Origin: Candidatus Magasanikiibacteriota bacterium
Lineage (GTDB): Bacteria > Patescibacteriota > Patescibacteriia > Magasanikbacterales > UBA922
DNA: 64,000 nt
Reading direction: 5' to 3'
NCBI GenBank assembly: GCA_035389585.1
Contig: DAOOSC010000001.1
Span: forward strand, 6,290-70,289
Positions 8,281 to 17,487 of this stretch are shown piece by piece (the first letter of the stretch is position 1; every line of letters starts with the position of its first letter). The notes beneath the pieces are model-generated. The model ran no database searches and was not told the origin of the DNA. It worked only from the letters and a program-made list of their open reading frames with translations. The position numbers were made by a program, and so were the translations under genes.

Positions 8281-10551
8281 ATGGCTGTAATCATGGGTTT
8301 TTTAGCACAATTCACTTGGTTTTATCGGGTGATTTCCGCTGAATTGGGCGGATTGATTTTACTTACGGTTCGATTATTGATGAATGGACCGGATTGGATC
8401 GGAGTGATTGGTTTCGGGATATTTGTTTTCGCAAATGCTTGTGTCTGGCGTCGAGTGGTGAGCGGTATTTGGCGGGAGAGATTGACAGAGCGGTTTTCGC
8501 TTGTCTATGGGATTATTTTGGAATTATTTGTTTTGAGTTCATTTTATGCGGTGTTTATTTTGAATGGACATTTATATCGCGGGGCGATTTTTGGCGGGTT
8601 TGTTTTCGCGGGAGCGATCGCTCATTTTTTCTATGAGAGATTGCGGGGGACATATTTACGTGGTCGTGGCAATGGTTGGGGTGATGAGAAATTTTCGCAC
8701 GATGCGGAAACCCCCTGGAGTCTATTTGGGAGAAATTCAATTTGGTTGGTCTTGTTTGTGTTATTGTGGGGGGTGGGTTTGTATTTTTTGACGCGCACGG
8801 TCGGGACGGATTCATATCAGACTCCTTGGCAATTAATTAGCCGGTATTATCTGCCGATTTTTTTTGGATTGACTCTTGTGGTCGGGATTATTTTGGTTTC
8901 CAAATTTCCGACTTCGATTGTAATATTTTATCTCATCGCACAGTCATTGCTCATGCATTGGTATCTGCCAGCGACACATGTATTACCTTGGGGTGGGGAT
9001 GTTTGGCGCCATGTCGCGGCTGAGAATCGATATTTACGCGGTGACTATGTTTTGCCGGTCTTGTTCGGGCCGGATGCTAAATGGGGAGAATCGGTAGGAA
9101 TCGATTTGCCAGAAACGATTTTGATTCCGCACAAATTCGCCTATGCTCAGTTTTGGGGGGTGGGAGTAGCTTTTTCAGATACTCTCGGGATTAGCCCGAT
9201 TGTTTTCAATAAATATTTCATGCCGATTTTGTGGCCGTTTGTTTTCACGCTTTTATTATACCGATTGGGGTTGGTCATATTTGGTCGTAGGCGGGCGGCA
9301 CTCCTGCTCGCGGCCGGAGGGGTGACACTTTTTTCTTTTCAGGCCAATGGGGGTTTCACTTTACCAAATCCATTCGCATTTTTGTTCTATCTCACAGCAT
9401 TGATTACACATTTTGCGTATTTGCGCGATCGTGAGGTGCAGACACGTCGAGCGATTTGGTTGTTTTCGCTCAGTATGATTTTGGTGTATCCGCTCTATGC
9501 GCTCATATACTGGATGGGTTTATTGGTAGCATTTGTTTTGCAGAAAATTTCGATAATAAGGAATGTTTGGAAATATGGTTTGGTGGTGGCAGGGGTGATG
9601 ACTTTTGGGGTTTGTCTGGTGCCTATGATTGATTTATTTTCCGGACTTTCGCGTTTTCCGTCGTGGATTGAACTCGGGAATGGGATGAAACAGGCAGGGG
9701 CGATTTTTTCCGGATGGTTGATGAGTCGTGGTATTATGAACTATGACATCGAAGGTGGAAATATCTTATTCAATCAGCCACCGCTTTATGCGTACGTAGC
9801 AAATTATTTTTCTGTTTTGCGAATCGTTTTGCCGGCAGTGCTGGTTTTATTTTGGAGTACTGCCGTGATTGGTTTTTGGCGGGCATGGCGGAGTCGCGAT
9901 CTCGTCGCGCGGATGATTTGCTGGCTCGTGGTGACAGCGGTTGGTGGTTATTTGACGGGCTTCTTTGTCCTTCAGGGGGATAGATTATTTGCACGACGAT
10001 TGGATTTATTGTTTGCATTTACGACAGCAGTCTTGTTTCTTTTTGGGGCGTATTATTTGTTTAATTTGCTGTGGCGCAAATTTTTGCATAAGTTTCCCAG
10101 GTTTGTAATTTCGATTGGTGTGATTATTGTGATTGTGGGATGGGCACTCTGCACTGTATTCACATATGGTATGGGACCGGATATGAGAGTGGCGGCGACG
10201 GCGGATGTAGAATTTGCGAATCAAATCGTTGCTGATCGAAAAATCAGTGAAAGGGATTGTGTTCTCGCTGATACCTGGCCACTGCTCGTGCTCGAGGGCG
10301 TATCGGGGCGCGATATTGTTGGCGGCGGTTTTCCGATGGAATATAATTATGGACAAAAAGAGCGGGTGGCATTGTATTTTGAAATTACCACCAATCCGAC
10401 CACGACCACGATATTGATGGCACAGAAATTGACTGGAGCAGAGAATTGCCGAATGTATTTGCCGCGCAACTCGCAAAGTTTTTCTAGTAGTACTATTGAT
10501 AGTTTATTGGGAAAGAAGTCACTTGTTATTGGGGATAATTTGCTTTATTAG
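8281..10551 (+). CDS. Large polytopic membrane protein of about 757 aa and more than 14 TM helices, possibly a GT-C-like glycosyltransferase. It is divergent from the 6196..8130 gene.
   Basis: The long ORF is highly hydrophobic with a C-terminal soluble tail of about 100 aa. The ORF-track start at 8254 is TTG, and the first in-frame ATG is 8281. Confidence 0.5.
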   Translation: MAVIMGFLAQFTWFYRVISAELGGLILLTVRLLMNGPDWIGVIGFGIFVFANACVWRRVVSGIWRERLTERFSLVYGIILELFVLSSFYAVFILNGHLYRGAIFGGFVFAGAIAHFFYERLRGTYLRGRGNGWGDEKFSHDAETPWSLFGRNSIWLVLFVLLWGVGLYFLTRTVGTDSYQTPWQLISRYYLPIFFGLTLVVGIILVSKFPTSIVIFYLIAQSLLMHWYLPATHVLPWGGDVWRHVAAENRYLRGDYVLPVLFGPDAKWGESVGIDLPETILIPHKFAYAQFWGVGVAFSDTLGISPIVFNKYFMPILWPFVFTLLLYRLGLVIFGRRRAALLLAAGGVTLFSFQANGGFTLPNPFAFLFYLTALITHFAYLRDREVQTRRAIWLFSLSMILVYPLYALIYWMGLLVAFVLQKISIIRNVWKYGLVVAGVMTFGVCLVPMIDLFSGLSRFPSWIELGNGMKQAGAIFSGWLMSRGIMNYDIEGGNILFNQPPLYAYVANYFSVLRIVLPAVLVLFWSTAVIGFWRAWRSRDLVARMICWLVVTAVGGYLTGFFVLQGDRLFARRLDLLFAFTTAVLFLFGAYYLFNLLWRKFLHKFPRFVISIGVIIVIVGWALCTVFTYGMGPDMRVAATADVEFANQIVADRKISERDCVLADTWPLLVLEGVSGRDIVGGGFPMEYNYGQKERVALYFEITTNPTTTTILMAQKLTGAENCRMYLPRNSQSFSSSTIDSLLGKKSLVIGDNLLY

Positions 10552-10561
10552 TTTCGTCGAT

Positions 10562-10589
10562 TTGACAATTATTTCGGTTTTGGTATAAT
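10562..10589 (+). promoter_or_regulatory. Near-consensus sigma70 promoter (TTGACA-N16-TATAAT)
   Basis: Read directly. The ATG of an 18-codon sORF lies about 10 nt after the -10 hexamer, so the transcript may be leaderless. Confidence 0.5.
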
Positions 10590-10598
10590 CAACATATT

Positions 10599-10655
10599 AT
10601 GAATAACAGTTTTGCGAAACAATTGAAGAAGGGTAAGAAGAGCTTTTTGACCTGA
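10599..10655 (+). CDS. Candidate 18-aa leader peptide or sORF (MNNSFAKQLKKGKKSFLT)
   Basis: It lies immediately downstream of a consensus promoter, upstream of the terminator hairpin(s) and before the GNAT gene. It is Lys-rich, and it is speculative. Confidence 0.25.
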   Translation: MNNSFAKQLKKGKKSFLT

Positions 10656-10675
10656 AGAAGTTATTTTGTCATTAT

Positions 10676-10712
10676 TCAAAAGAGCTTTTTCAGATGAAAG
10701 AGCTCTTTTTTG
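10676..10712 (+). terminator. Rho-independent terminator or attenuator hairpin (AAAGAGCT...AGCTCTTT plus T6)
   Basis: An 8-bp stem followed by TTTTTTG. An additional upstream copy of 'aagagcttttt' at about 10637 could form alternative pairings. Confidence 0.55.
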
Positions 10713-10769
10713 TTTCAGACAAAAGTTTGTTCATTACAAAACGCATTTATTAAACCAAAGGAGAGAACG

Positions 10770-11690
10770 ATGTTGAATTCCAGTATTGGTCTCATTGGCA
10801 TGCCTTATTTCGATGAGAAAAATGACCGCACAAAGGCGTTTTACACCACACCATTGAACAGGGAGGGGGAGATAAAGGAGGTGTTGGATCGTTTTTTGGT
10901 AGTGGCACGGGGCACTCGTCTCAGTGTGCGTCTGCTCGCGCGAAATATCCCCGATGCGATTCTGATGGAGATCGTATGTTCGCGTGCGGAAGTGGTGTTG
11001 GTCTGCGAAGCGATCTTGCCTGTGAATGGTTCAGGCTTGAAGATCGTGTATTATGGATGGAACCATGATTCTCGACGGACCAATCTCGGTCGGCAGAGTT
11101 CGGAAAATGATTTGTTGGGAAATGTGAGGTCGCGCCAGTGTCCGCATTTCCACGATTATTCGGATTTCACGGTGGAATTTTCTGTAGGGAGAGAGGATTG
11201 GTCTCAGACGGATGTTTCGAGGTTGCTCGAAATTTATCAGCGTACGTTCTCTGGCTATCTCATTGATTTTACGGTGGAGACGGTGCGGACAATGCTCGAA
11301 ACCAATTGGGTATCGCTCATTCGTTGTCGCGAGAGGGGGGAAATCGTCTCGGTCGCGATGGGGGAATTGGTGGAAATAAATGCAGGAGGTATTGTATTGT
11401 CGCTGTCGGAATTGTCAGAAGTAGCAACTCACCCTGATTTTCAACGTCGTGGCTTGGCTCATTTGGCTTTCAGTCGTTTGCGAGATGAGTTAGTTAGGGC
11501 GGGCGTGAAGGTGGTTTTCAGCGAAACACGGGCGGTGAGCTATGGGATGATGGCGGTGGCGCATGATGCTGGTTTCGAAGTGCGTGGTCTGCTCGAACAG
11601 CATTGTGTCATCTCGTCGCCATTCAGTGATTCTGATCAAGATGGGGCGTATGGCGATCTCGTCATATTTGCTCTGCCGTCGCGGGCATAG
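10770..11690 (+). CDS. Two-domain protein with an N-terminal region of unknown function and a C-terminal GNAT N-acetyltransferase
   Basis: The C-terminus 'HPDFQRRGLAHLAFSRL' is the GNAT acetyl-CoA binding motif A (Q/RxxGxA). An RBS 'AAGGAGAG' lies 5 nt before the ATG at 10770. Confidence 0.7.
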   Translation: MLNSSIGLIGMPYFDEKNDRTKAFYTTPLNREGEIKEVLDRFLVVARGTRLSVRLLARNIPDAILMEIVCSRAEVVLVCEAILPVNGSGLKIVYYGWNHDSRRTNLGRQSSENDLLGNVRSRQCPHFHDYSDFTVEFSVGREDWSQTDVSRLLEIYQRTFSGYLIDFTVETVRTMLETNWVSLIRCRERGEIVSVAMGELVEINAGGIVLSLSELSEVATHPDFQRRGLAHLAFSRLRDELVRAGVKVVFSETRAVSYGMMAVAHDAGFEVRGLLEQHCVISSPFSDSDQDGAYGDLVIFALPSRA

Positions 11691-11770
11691 AGTCTGTCGA
11701 GGGGAAAGCGTTTTTTACGTAAGTACCCTCCAATTTAATCGTTTAATTATTTGTTTATTTAATTTGCTAT

Positions 11771-12496
11771 ATGGAAAAAACACATATTGAGGCTAGGAAT
11801 AAAATAGTGGTGGATGCTTTGAGGCAGAATCGCGCAATGATTGGCCCGGTTTTGAAGTTTGATTTTTCGCGTGAAAAATTTCAAGTTTTTGATTTGACGC
11901 GAAGCAATGGAGAATTGTTGGCGATTGATCTAAATAATGAAAAGCAGTTTATAAATTATATTTTCGAAACAATGGCGCGAAACCAGTGTCGTGTCGGAGT
12001 GGGTCGCTATGATGAAGATCGTGTGATCTATGAACGGAGCGGTCTATTTGCCAATCCGAAAGAAGCTCGGTCACTGCACCTCGGGATTGATTTGTGGGTT
12101 TCGGCTGGTGAGCCGGTCTTCGCACCGCTTCCTGGTACGGTGCATAGTTTTCAAGATAATACCCATTTTGGCGATTACGGGCCGACAATTATTTTGGCAC
12201 ATAATATATTTGGGGTGCGGTTTTTTACTCTCTATGGTCATCTGAGTCGGGAATCGTTGAATGGTTTGTTCGTAGGGAAAGAAATTGCGAAAGGTGAACG
12301 AATAGCGACAGTAGGCGAGTATGCGGTCAATGGTAATTGGCCGTCGCATCTGCACTTCGAGATTATTACTGATATGTTGGGCAAGCGAGGTGATTTCCCG
12401 GGGGTAGCGAAAATTCAGGAGCGGGATTTGTATTTATCTCTCTGTCCGGATCCGAATCTGATTTTAGGTATTCCGGGTTTGGATCATGGTGTATAG
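11771..12496 (+). CDS. Peptidase M23 (LytM-type) family protein
   Basis: 'HLGIDL' (HxxxD) and 'SHLHFE' (HxH) are the M23 zinc-site motifs. Confidence 0.8.
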   Translation: MEKTHIEARNKIVVDALRQNRAMIGPVLKFDFSREKFQVFDLTRSNGELLAIDLNNEKQFINYIFETMARNQCRVGVGRYDEDRVIYERSGLFANPKEARSLHLGIDLWVSAGEPVFAPLPGTVHSFQDNTHFGDYGPTIILAHNIFGVRFFTLYGHLSRESLNGLFVGKEIAKGERIATVGEYAVNGNWPSHLHFEIITDMLGKRGDFPGVAKIQERDLYLSLCPDPNLILGIPGLDHGV

Positions 12497-12600
12497 GAAG
12501 TTTGTTTGCTTTTTTGGATTGTGATATAATTTAAACAACATAATTACTGCGAATAAAAACGACAGTATTTGTATTATTTAGAATAAATTAATTAAAAAAT

Positions 12601-13005
12601 ATGCCGGATTGCATTTTTTGTAAAATTGTCAAAGGAGAAATTCCATCTCACAAAGTATATGAAGACGACAATGCTTTGGCTTTTCTGGATATTTTCCCCC
12701 ACGCCAAAGGTCATACGGTCGTAATTCCGAAAAAACATTTTGTCACGCCATTTGATATGACAGCGGATGAATTTATGTTAATTTCGAAGGCAGTGCAATC
12801 GGCGATGATGAGGTTGCAGGAGAAATTATCACCGGCCGGTTTCAACGTCGGTTGGAATCAGGGCGATATCGGTGGCCAAGTGGTGAAACACTTGCATATT
12901 CATATTTTTCCGCGCTATGAGAATGATGGGGGTACCTCCGTACATGCGATTGTGAAAAATCCCGGCGATCAGACACCGGCGGAATTAGCCAAACTATTTG
13001 TTTAA
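12601..13005 (+). CDS. HIT (histidine triad) family nucleotide hydrolase
   Basis: 'CIFCKI' at the N-terminus and the 'HLHIHIFPR' histidine triad. Confidence 0.85.
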   Translation: MPDCIFCKIVKGEIPSHKVYEDDNALAFLDIFPHAKGHTVVIPKKHFVTPFDMTADEFMLISKAVQSAMMRLQEKLSPAGFNVGWNQGDIGGQVVKHLHIHIFPRYENDGGTSVHAIVKNPGDQTPAELAKLFV

Positions 13006-13006
13006 T

Positions 13007-13555
13007 ATGGGTTATTTCAAAAAATTAGAGGAACAGATCTATTTCGAATCTTTTCACATGGTGGGCAAGCGAGATTTGCTGGAAGACAAGAGTGGGAACA
13101 AATTTAATTATTTTTATGGTATTGCGCCGGGTGGGGCTTTGGTAATTCCAGTTTTATCGGATGGTCGGATTGCGCTTGTGTATCAATATCGTTATTTACA
13201 GGATAAAAAAGGCTATGAATTTCCACGCGGGGCAATCAATCCGGGTGAGTCTCCGAATGATGCGGCGAAACGTGAATTAGAGGAGGAGACGGGTTGTATG
13301 GCTTCGGATTTGATCAAAGTCGGCACATTCGTTCCTTCTCCGCCGAGTATGAAGGATATAATGCATGTGTTCGTGGCTGAGGCGGATCATACGGGCAGTC
13401 AGAAATTAGATTTTAATGAATACATGGAAGTGGTGTTTCGTCGGCCGGACGAAATTGACGAGATGGTTCGTCGGGGCGAAATTTGGGACGGAGTGACGCT
13501 TGCGGCTTGGGCAATGGCGCATCATCAGTTTTTACATAAAGATAAATTGGCTTAA
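13007..13555 (+). CDS. NUDIX hydrolase
   Basis: The Nudix box 'GAINPGESPNDAAKRELEEETG'. The ORF-track start is TTG 12998, and the first ATG is 13007. Confidence 0.8.
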   Translation: MGYFKKLEEQIYFESFHMVGKRDLLEDKSGNKFNYFYGIAPGGALVIPVLSDGRIALVYQYRYLQDKKGYEFPRGAINPGESPNDAAKRELEEETGCMASDLIKVGTFVPSPPSMKDIMHVFVAEADHTGSQKLDFNEYMEVVFRRPDEIDEMVRRGEIWDGVTLAAWAMAHHQFLHKDKLA

Positions 13556-13559
13556 TCAT

Positions 13560-14870
13560 ATGGATAGAGAACAAATGGGGCAAAGGGCAAATGATTTTTT
13601 ACAGGCGAGCGCCGTGGCAATGGGGGTGGTCGGTCTCGGGGTGGCGGCAGAAAATGCGGTTGCTAGTCAGGAGAAGAGGGAAATCGAACCAAAGTCGGTT
13701 GTGCATAAAATATCTGAGAGTGGAGATGTTTTGGCACAGCCAATGAAAAATGGGGCGGATTTATTTGTGCCGACAGAAAATCCAAGTGACAGAAAACCGA
13801 CGGTGTTGAATTCGACTGTTGTGGTCGAAACAAAAACGGCGCCGGTACCCGAGGTCGTGGTAGATGCAAGTCCGGTTTCGCGCGATTCGCAAGTGAAAAC
13901 AGTACCAAAACCAGATGTTGCGCCCCCGCAAAAATTATCAGTTGTCGAAAGTTCTGGGGACAGTTCGGCGGATTTGTTGAAAAATTTTTCGCTCGAAAAA
14001 AGTTTGCGTCGAGATCCGTATTTAGGCCAATTTCTCCAATCTTGGCAAAAGAAAAACTATCGTTCATATTCAGGCGAGCGTCGAACATTTTCGACTGATA
14101 CGAATAAAGCTTATGCAGATTTTTATAGAGATCGACAGTTGAAAATTTGGATGGGAATTTTCAATAATCCGCCAGAGACAGCGGATGTACAAATGAAGAA
14201 ATATTTTCACCGTTTGATTGAGAGTAAAACTTGTCGCGATAAGGTGCATGAAGCCGTGATCGCCAGTTCGACTGAATTTGGTGTACCAATGGATATTATT
14301 TATGGGATGATTGGGGCGGAATCAGGTGGCGACACAGAAAAAATTTCTAGTGCCAAAGCGGTCGGCGTCATGCAAGTGAAGCATGATACGGCCTATGCTG
14401 AGATGGTCAGAATTACAGATATTCCGAAGTATCAGGAAATGTTTGGCAAGTCTGAACGGTGGAAAAAAATGAATGTGGGAAATACCAAAGACAATATTGC
14501 AATCGGCACTGCTTATTTGCGTTATTTGTATGAACAGTACCATGATTGGAATTTTGCTTTGATGGCGTATAATTCGGGCCCAGGTCATTTCGAGAAAGAT
14601 ATGGTGCGCATGTATAATAAATCAGTGACCGATAAATTTTCGGTGGATCGAGAAAGAGGGGGTAAATTAAATGTTGAAAAACCAAAGACGGTGGTCTATG
14701 ATGTCGTTCGAAAAGATTTTGGGAGATTTTTGCGTGAGCAGTGTCCGTCTTTTGCGGCGGTTTTGAATAGATCGAACGGGGGAGAGCAGTTGAATACTAA
14801 TTATGTTTTCAAGGTATTGGTGTTGTCGCCAACCACCAAATTGGCCGTTGAAGAGGGTAGAGTAAAATAA
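13560..14870 (+). CDS. Lytic transglycosylase (SLT domain) protein with an N-terminal membrane anchor and a low-complexity linker
   Basis: The SLT signature 'AESGG...VGVMQV...AYNSGPG', an N-terminal hydrophobic segment, and a Pro/Val/Ser-rich linker. Confidence 0.75.
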   Translation: MDREQMGQRANDFLQASAVAMGVVGLGVAAENAVASQEKREIEPKSVVHKISESGDVLAQPMKNGADLFVPTENPSDRKPTVLNSTVVVETKTAPVPEVVVDASPVSRDSQVKTVPKPDVAPPQKLSVVESSGDSSADLLKNFSLEKSLRRDPYLGQFLQSWQKKNYRSYSGERRTFSTDTNKAYADFYRDRQLKIWMGIFNNPPETADVQMKKYFHRLIESKTCRDKVHEAVIASSTEFGVPMDIIYGMIGAESGGDTEKISSAKAVGVMQVKHDTAYAEMVRITDIPKYQEMFGKSERWKKMNVGNTKDNIAIGTAYLRYLYEQYHDWNFALMAYNSGPGHFEKDMVRMYNKSVTDKFSVDRERGGKLNVEKPKTVVYDVVRKDFGRFLREQCPSFAAVLNRSNGGEQLNTNYVFKVLVLSPTTKLAVEEGRVK

Positions 14871-14876
14871 TTTTTT

Positions 14877-15932
14877 ATGAAAAAATTAAATTGGGATCGT
14901 TTGATTAAAAAATTTGACAGTCGAAATATGTATGGCTCGCTCGCGGGCTTCGTCGATCAGATTCGAGCGGTGCGTCATCTCGGTAAAGCGTTTATGTTGC
15001 CAGAAAACTATCGTTCACCTAGAAATGTAATTGTTTGTGGTATGGGTGGATCGGTGCTCGCAGCCGATGTGATTCGGGGTGTGTTTGATTTGCAATGTCC
15101 GATTGAAATTGTTCGGGATTATATTTTACCGGATTATGTGGGGCCAGATACTTTGGTAATTGCTTCAAGTTATTCGGGTAGTACAGAAGAGACGCTCTCG
15201 GCGGCGGCCGAAGCGCATGAGCGGAAAGCAAATGTCGTCATGCTCTCGGCTGGAGGGAGATTGGTCGAATGGGCACGAGAGAAGAAAATTCCGGCGTTGG
15301 TATTCGATCCGAAAGAAAATCCTTGTGGTTCGCCACGTATGGGTCTCGGGTATTCTATAATTGGTCAAATAATTATTCTTGCTAAAGCACAGGTAATCGA
15401 TATTACCGACGGAGAATTGGACGAAGTCGAGCAGTCGGTAATCACGATGGGGAAACGATGTACTTCGGTCGGTGTGTCAAATTCCGCGCGGGCGGTGGCG
15501 GTGGAATTCATGAGTCGAGAGTGGTGGTTTGTGGGGGCGCGACATCTCGCCGGTTCAGCCCATGTCGCCGCTAACCAAACTAACGAAAATGCGAAGAGAT
15601 TTGGTGGTTATTTTCTTTTGCCGGAATTGAATCATCATTTGATCGAGGGATTATTTTTACCGAAAACCAATCAACGCAATTTAGGTTTTGTATTTTTGGA
15701 TTCGGAGAATTATCCAGAGAAAATCAAGTTGCGTGTCGCACTTACACAGAAGATTCTCAAAAAAAATAAAATAAAATTTGCAGTTTGTAAAATTCCGCGT
15801 GCTGGGGATCTATCAGAGGCGCTGGCCGCGATTGTTTGGAGTGGATATCTATCATTTTATTCCGCTTTGGTAGCAGGATTTGACCCGACGGCGATTCCGT
15901 ATGTGGATTTTCTGAAGAAGAACTTGCGCTGA
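14877..15932 (+). CDS. Bifunctional phosphoglucose/phosphomannose isomerase (SIS domain, archaeal-type PGI/PMI)
   Basis: The SIS motif 'VCGMGGSVLAADV' and overall PGI/PMI-family architecture of about 350 aa. Confidence 0.7.
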   Translation: MKKLNWDRLIKKFDSRNMYGSLAGFVDQIRAVRHLGKAFMLPENYRSPRNVIVCGMGGSVLAADVIRGVFDLQCPIEIVRDYILPDYVGPDTLVIASSYSGSTEETLSAAAEAHERKANVVMLSAGGRLVEWAREKKIPALVFDPKENPCGSPRMGLGYSIIGQIIILAKAQVIDITDGELDEVEQSVITMGKRCTSVGVSNSARAVAVEFMSREWWFVGARHLAGSAHVAANQTNENAKRFGGYFLLPELNHHLIEGLFLPKTNQRNLGFVFLDSENYPEKIKLRVALTQKILKKNKIKFAVCKIPRAGDLSEALAAIVWSGYLSFYSALVAGFDPTAIPYVDFLKKNLR

Positions 15933-16001
15933 AATCTGGTCGATTCACTACTTTACATAGGGGTAAAATTGTGATATGATAGCGCTGTATTTGAGAAACT
16001 T

Positions 16002-17078
16002 ATGAAAATATTGGTTTGTGGCGGGGCCGGCTTCATCGGGTCCAATTTCATTCACTATATCCTCGAGAACTATCCGCATGATGAGGTGGTGAATTATGAT
16101 AAACTGACATATGCTGGCAATGAAGACAATTTGCGCGGTATTGAAGAAAACATTGAACTGAAATCACGCTACACTTTCATTCGCGGTGATATTTGTGATT
16201 ATAAACTATTATCGGAAGTCGTGGAGAAGTATCAGATTGATCATATTATCAATTTCGCGGCCGAGACGCATGTAGATCGCTCGATTTTTGGCGATTGTAC
16301 GGAATTTGTGATGGCGAATACTTTCGGTGTTTTGACAATTTTGAATATTTGTCGTCGTTTTCCGATTGCGAAATTTGTAAACGTGTCAACTGATGAGGTG
16401 TACGGAACATTGCAATTGGATTCTACTGAGAGGTTCACCGAATCGACCCCAATTTGCCCTAATATGCCGTATGCGGCGGCGAAAGCCGGAGGAGACATGC
16501 TCTGCCATTCGTATTTCGTCACCCATCGCATACCGGTGGTAGTCACGCATTGCTCCAATAACTATGGACCATTTCAGTATCCGGAAAAATTGATTCCATC
16601 TTCAGTGTTTCGTCTTTTGAAAAATAAACCGATCCTCATGCATGGCAACGGGAAAAATGTGCGTGATTGGATTCATGTGACGGATCATTGTCGGGCACTG
16701 GATTTAATGTTGCGAGCGGGTATTCCAGGTGAGGTGTATAACGTAGGTGTGGATAATGAGAGGAATAATTTGGAAATCGCCAAAATGATTTTGCGTATCA
16801 TGGGTAAGCCTGAGACGATGATTGAATTCGTCGAAGATCGCCCGGGTAATGACTTGCGCTACGCGATCGATGCTCAGAAAATCATGTCACTCGGATGGAA
16901 ACCGGAGTTTACACGTGATCAGTTTGAAGTCGGAATGTCTGAGACTATTAATTGGTATTTGACGCACACTGATTGGGTGCAGAAATTGTGGGAAAAACAT
17001 GATGACGCTTACAAGATCAATCATGCCCCGACACGTGAGGCACGAGAAAAAGAACAGCAAGCAAAGAAGGATATATAA
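16002..17078 (+). CDS. rfbB: dTDP-glucose 4,6-dehydratase
   Basis: The Rossmann motif 'ILVCGGAGFIGSNF', the catalytic 'YAAAKA', and 'TDEVYG' are SDR-extended RmlB hallmarks. Confidence 0.85.
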   Translation: MKILVCGGAGFIGSNFIHYILENYPHDEVVNYDKLTYAGNEDNLRGIEENIELKSRYTFIRGDICDYKLLSEVVEKYQIDHIINFAAETHVDRSIFGDCTEFVMANTFGVLTILNICRRFPIAKFVNVSTDEVYGTLQLDSTERFTESTPICPNMPYAAAKAGGDMLCHSYFVTHRIPVVVTHCSNNYGPFQYPEKLIPSSVFRLLKNKPILMHGNGKNVRDWIHVTDHCRALDLMLRAGIPGEVYNVGVDNERNNLEIAKMILRIMGKPETMIEFVEDRPGNDLRYAIDAQKIMSLGWKPEFTRDQFEVGMSETINWYLTHTDWVQKLWEKHDDAYKINHAPTREAREKEQQAKKDI

Positions 17079-17079
17079 T

Positions 17080-17487
17080 ATGGAATTAGTATTCAAAAAA
17101 TTGAATTTAAAAATTGTTAAAAATGAGCGAGCGATATATTCATTTGCCGAATTAAATGAATTTATTGATTTTGAGGTGAGACGAATCTATTTTTTACAAG
17201 ATTTTCACGCGGATACTGGACAGCATTGTCATAAAATTGAAAAAGAATTGTTCATCATGCAGTGCGGTACTTGTACGGCGATAATTGACCGAGGAAACGG
17301 AAAAGAAGAAATACTCATATCTGGTCCCGGTGATGCGATTTATGTGGGCGCTTATGTGTGGCATGGGTTCAAAGATATTTCTCCAGATGCTGTTCTCATG
17401 GCGCTTTCCTCGACCAATTATAATCCAGATCGGAGTGATTATGTGGAGGATTATGACGCATATAGAGAGATGATTACCAAATTATGA
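17080..17487 (+). CDS. WxcM/FdtA-like cupin, likely a dTDP-4-keto-6-deoxyhexose 3,4-ketoisomerase
   Basis: A cupin of about 135 aa with 'GQHCHK' (cf. RGxHAH) and a C-terminal 'SDYVEDYDAY' region resembling FdtA/QdtA. The start codon is 1 nt after the rfbB stop. Confidence 0.6.
   Translation: MELVFKKLNLKIVKNERAIYSFAELNEFIDFEVRRIYFLQDFHADTGQHCHKIEKELFIMQCGTCTAIIDRGNGKEEILISGPGDAIYVGAYVWHGFKDISPDAVLMALSSTNYNPDRSDYVEDYDAYREMITKL

Noticed and set aside
11691-11770. A G-rich/T-run sequence after the GNAT gene that looked like a possible terminator
   Set aside because: I found no convincing complementary stem. It is probably just the intergenic spacer and promoter for the M23 gene.
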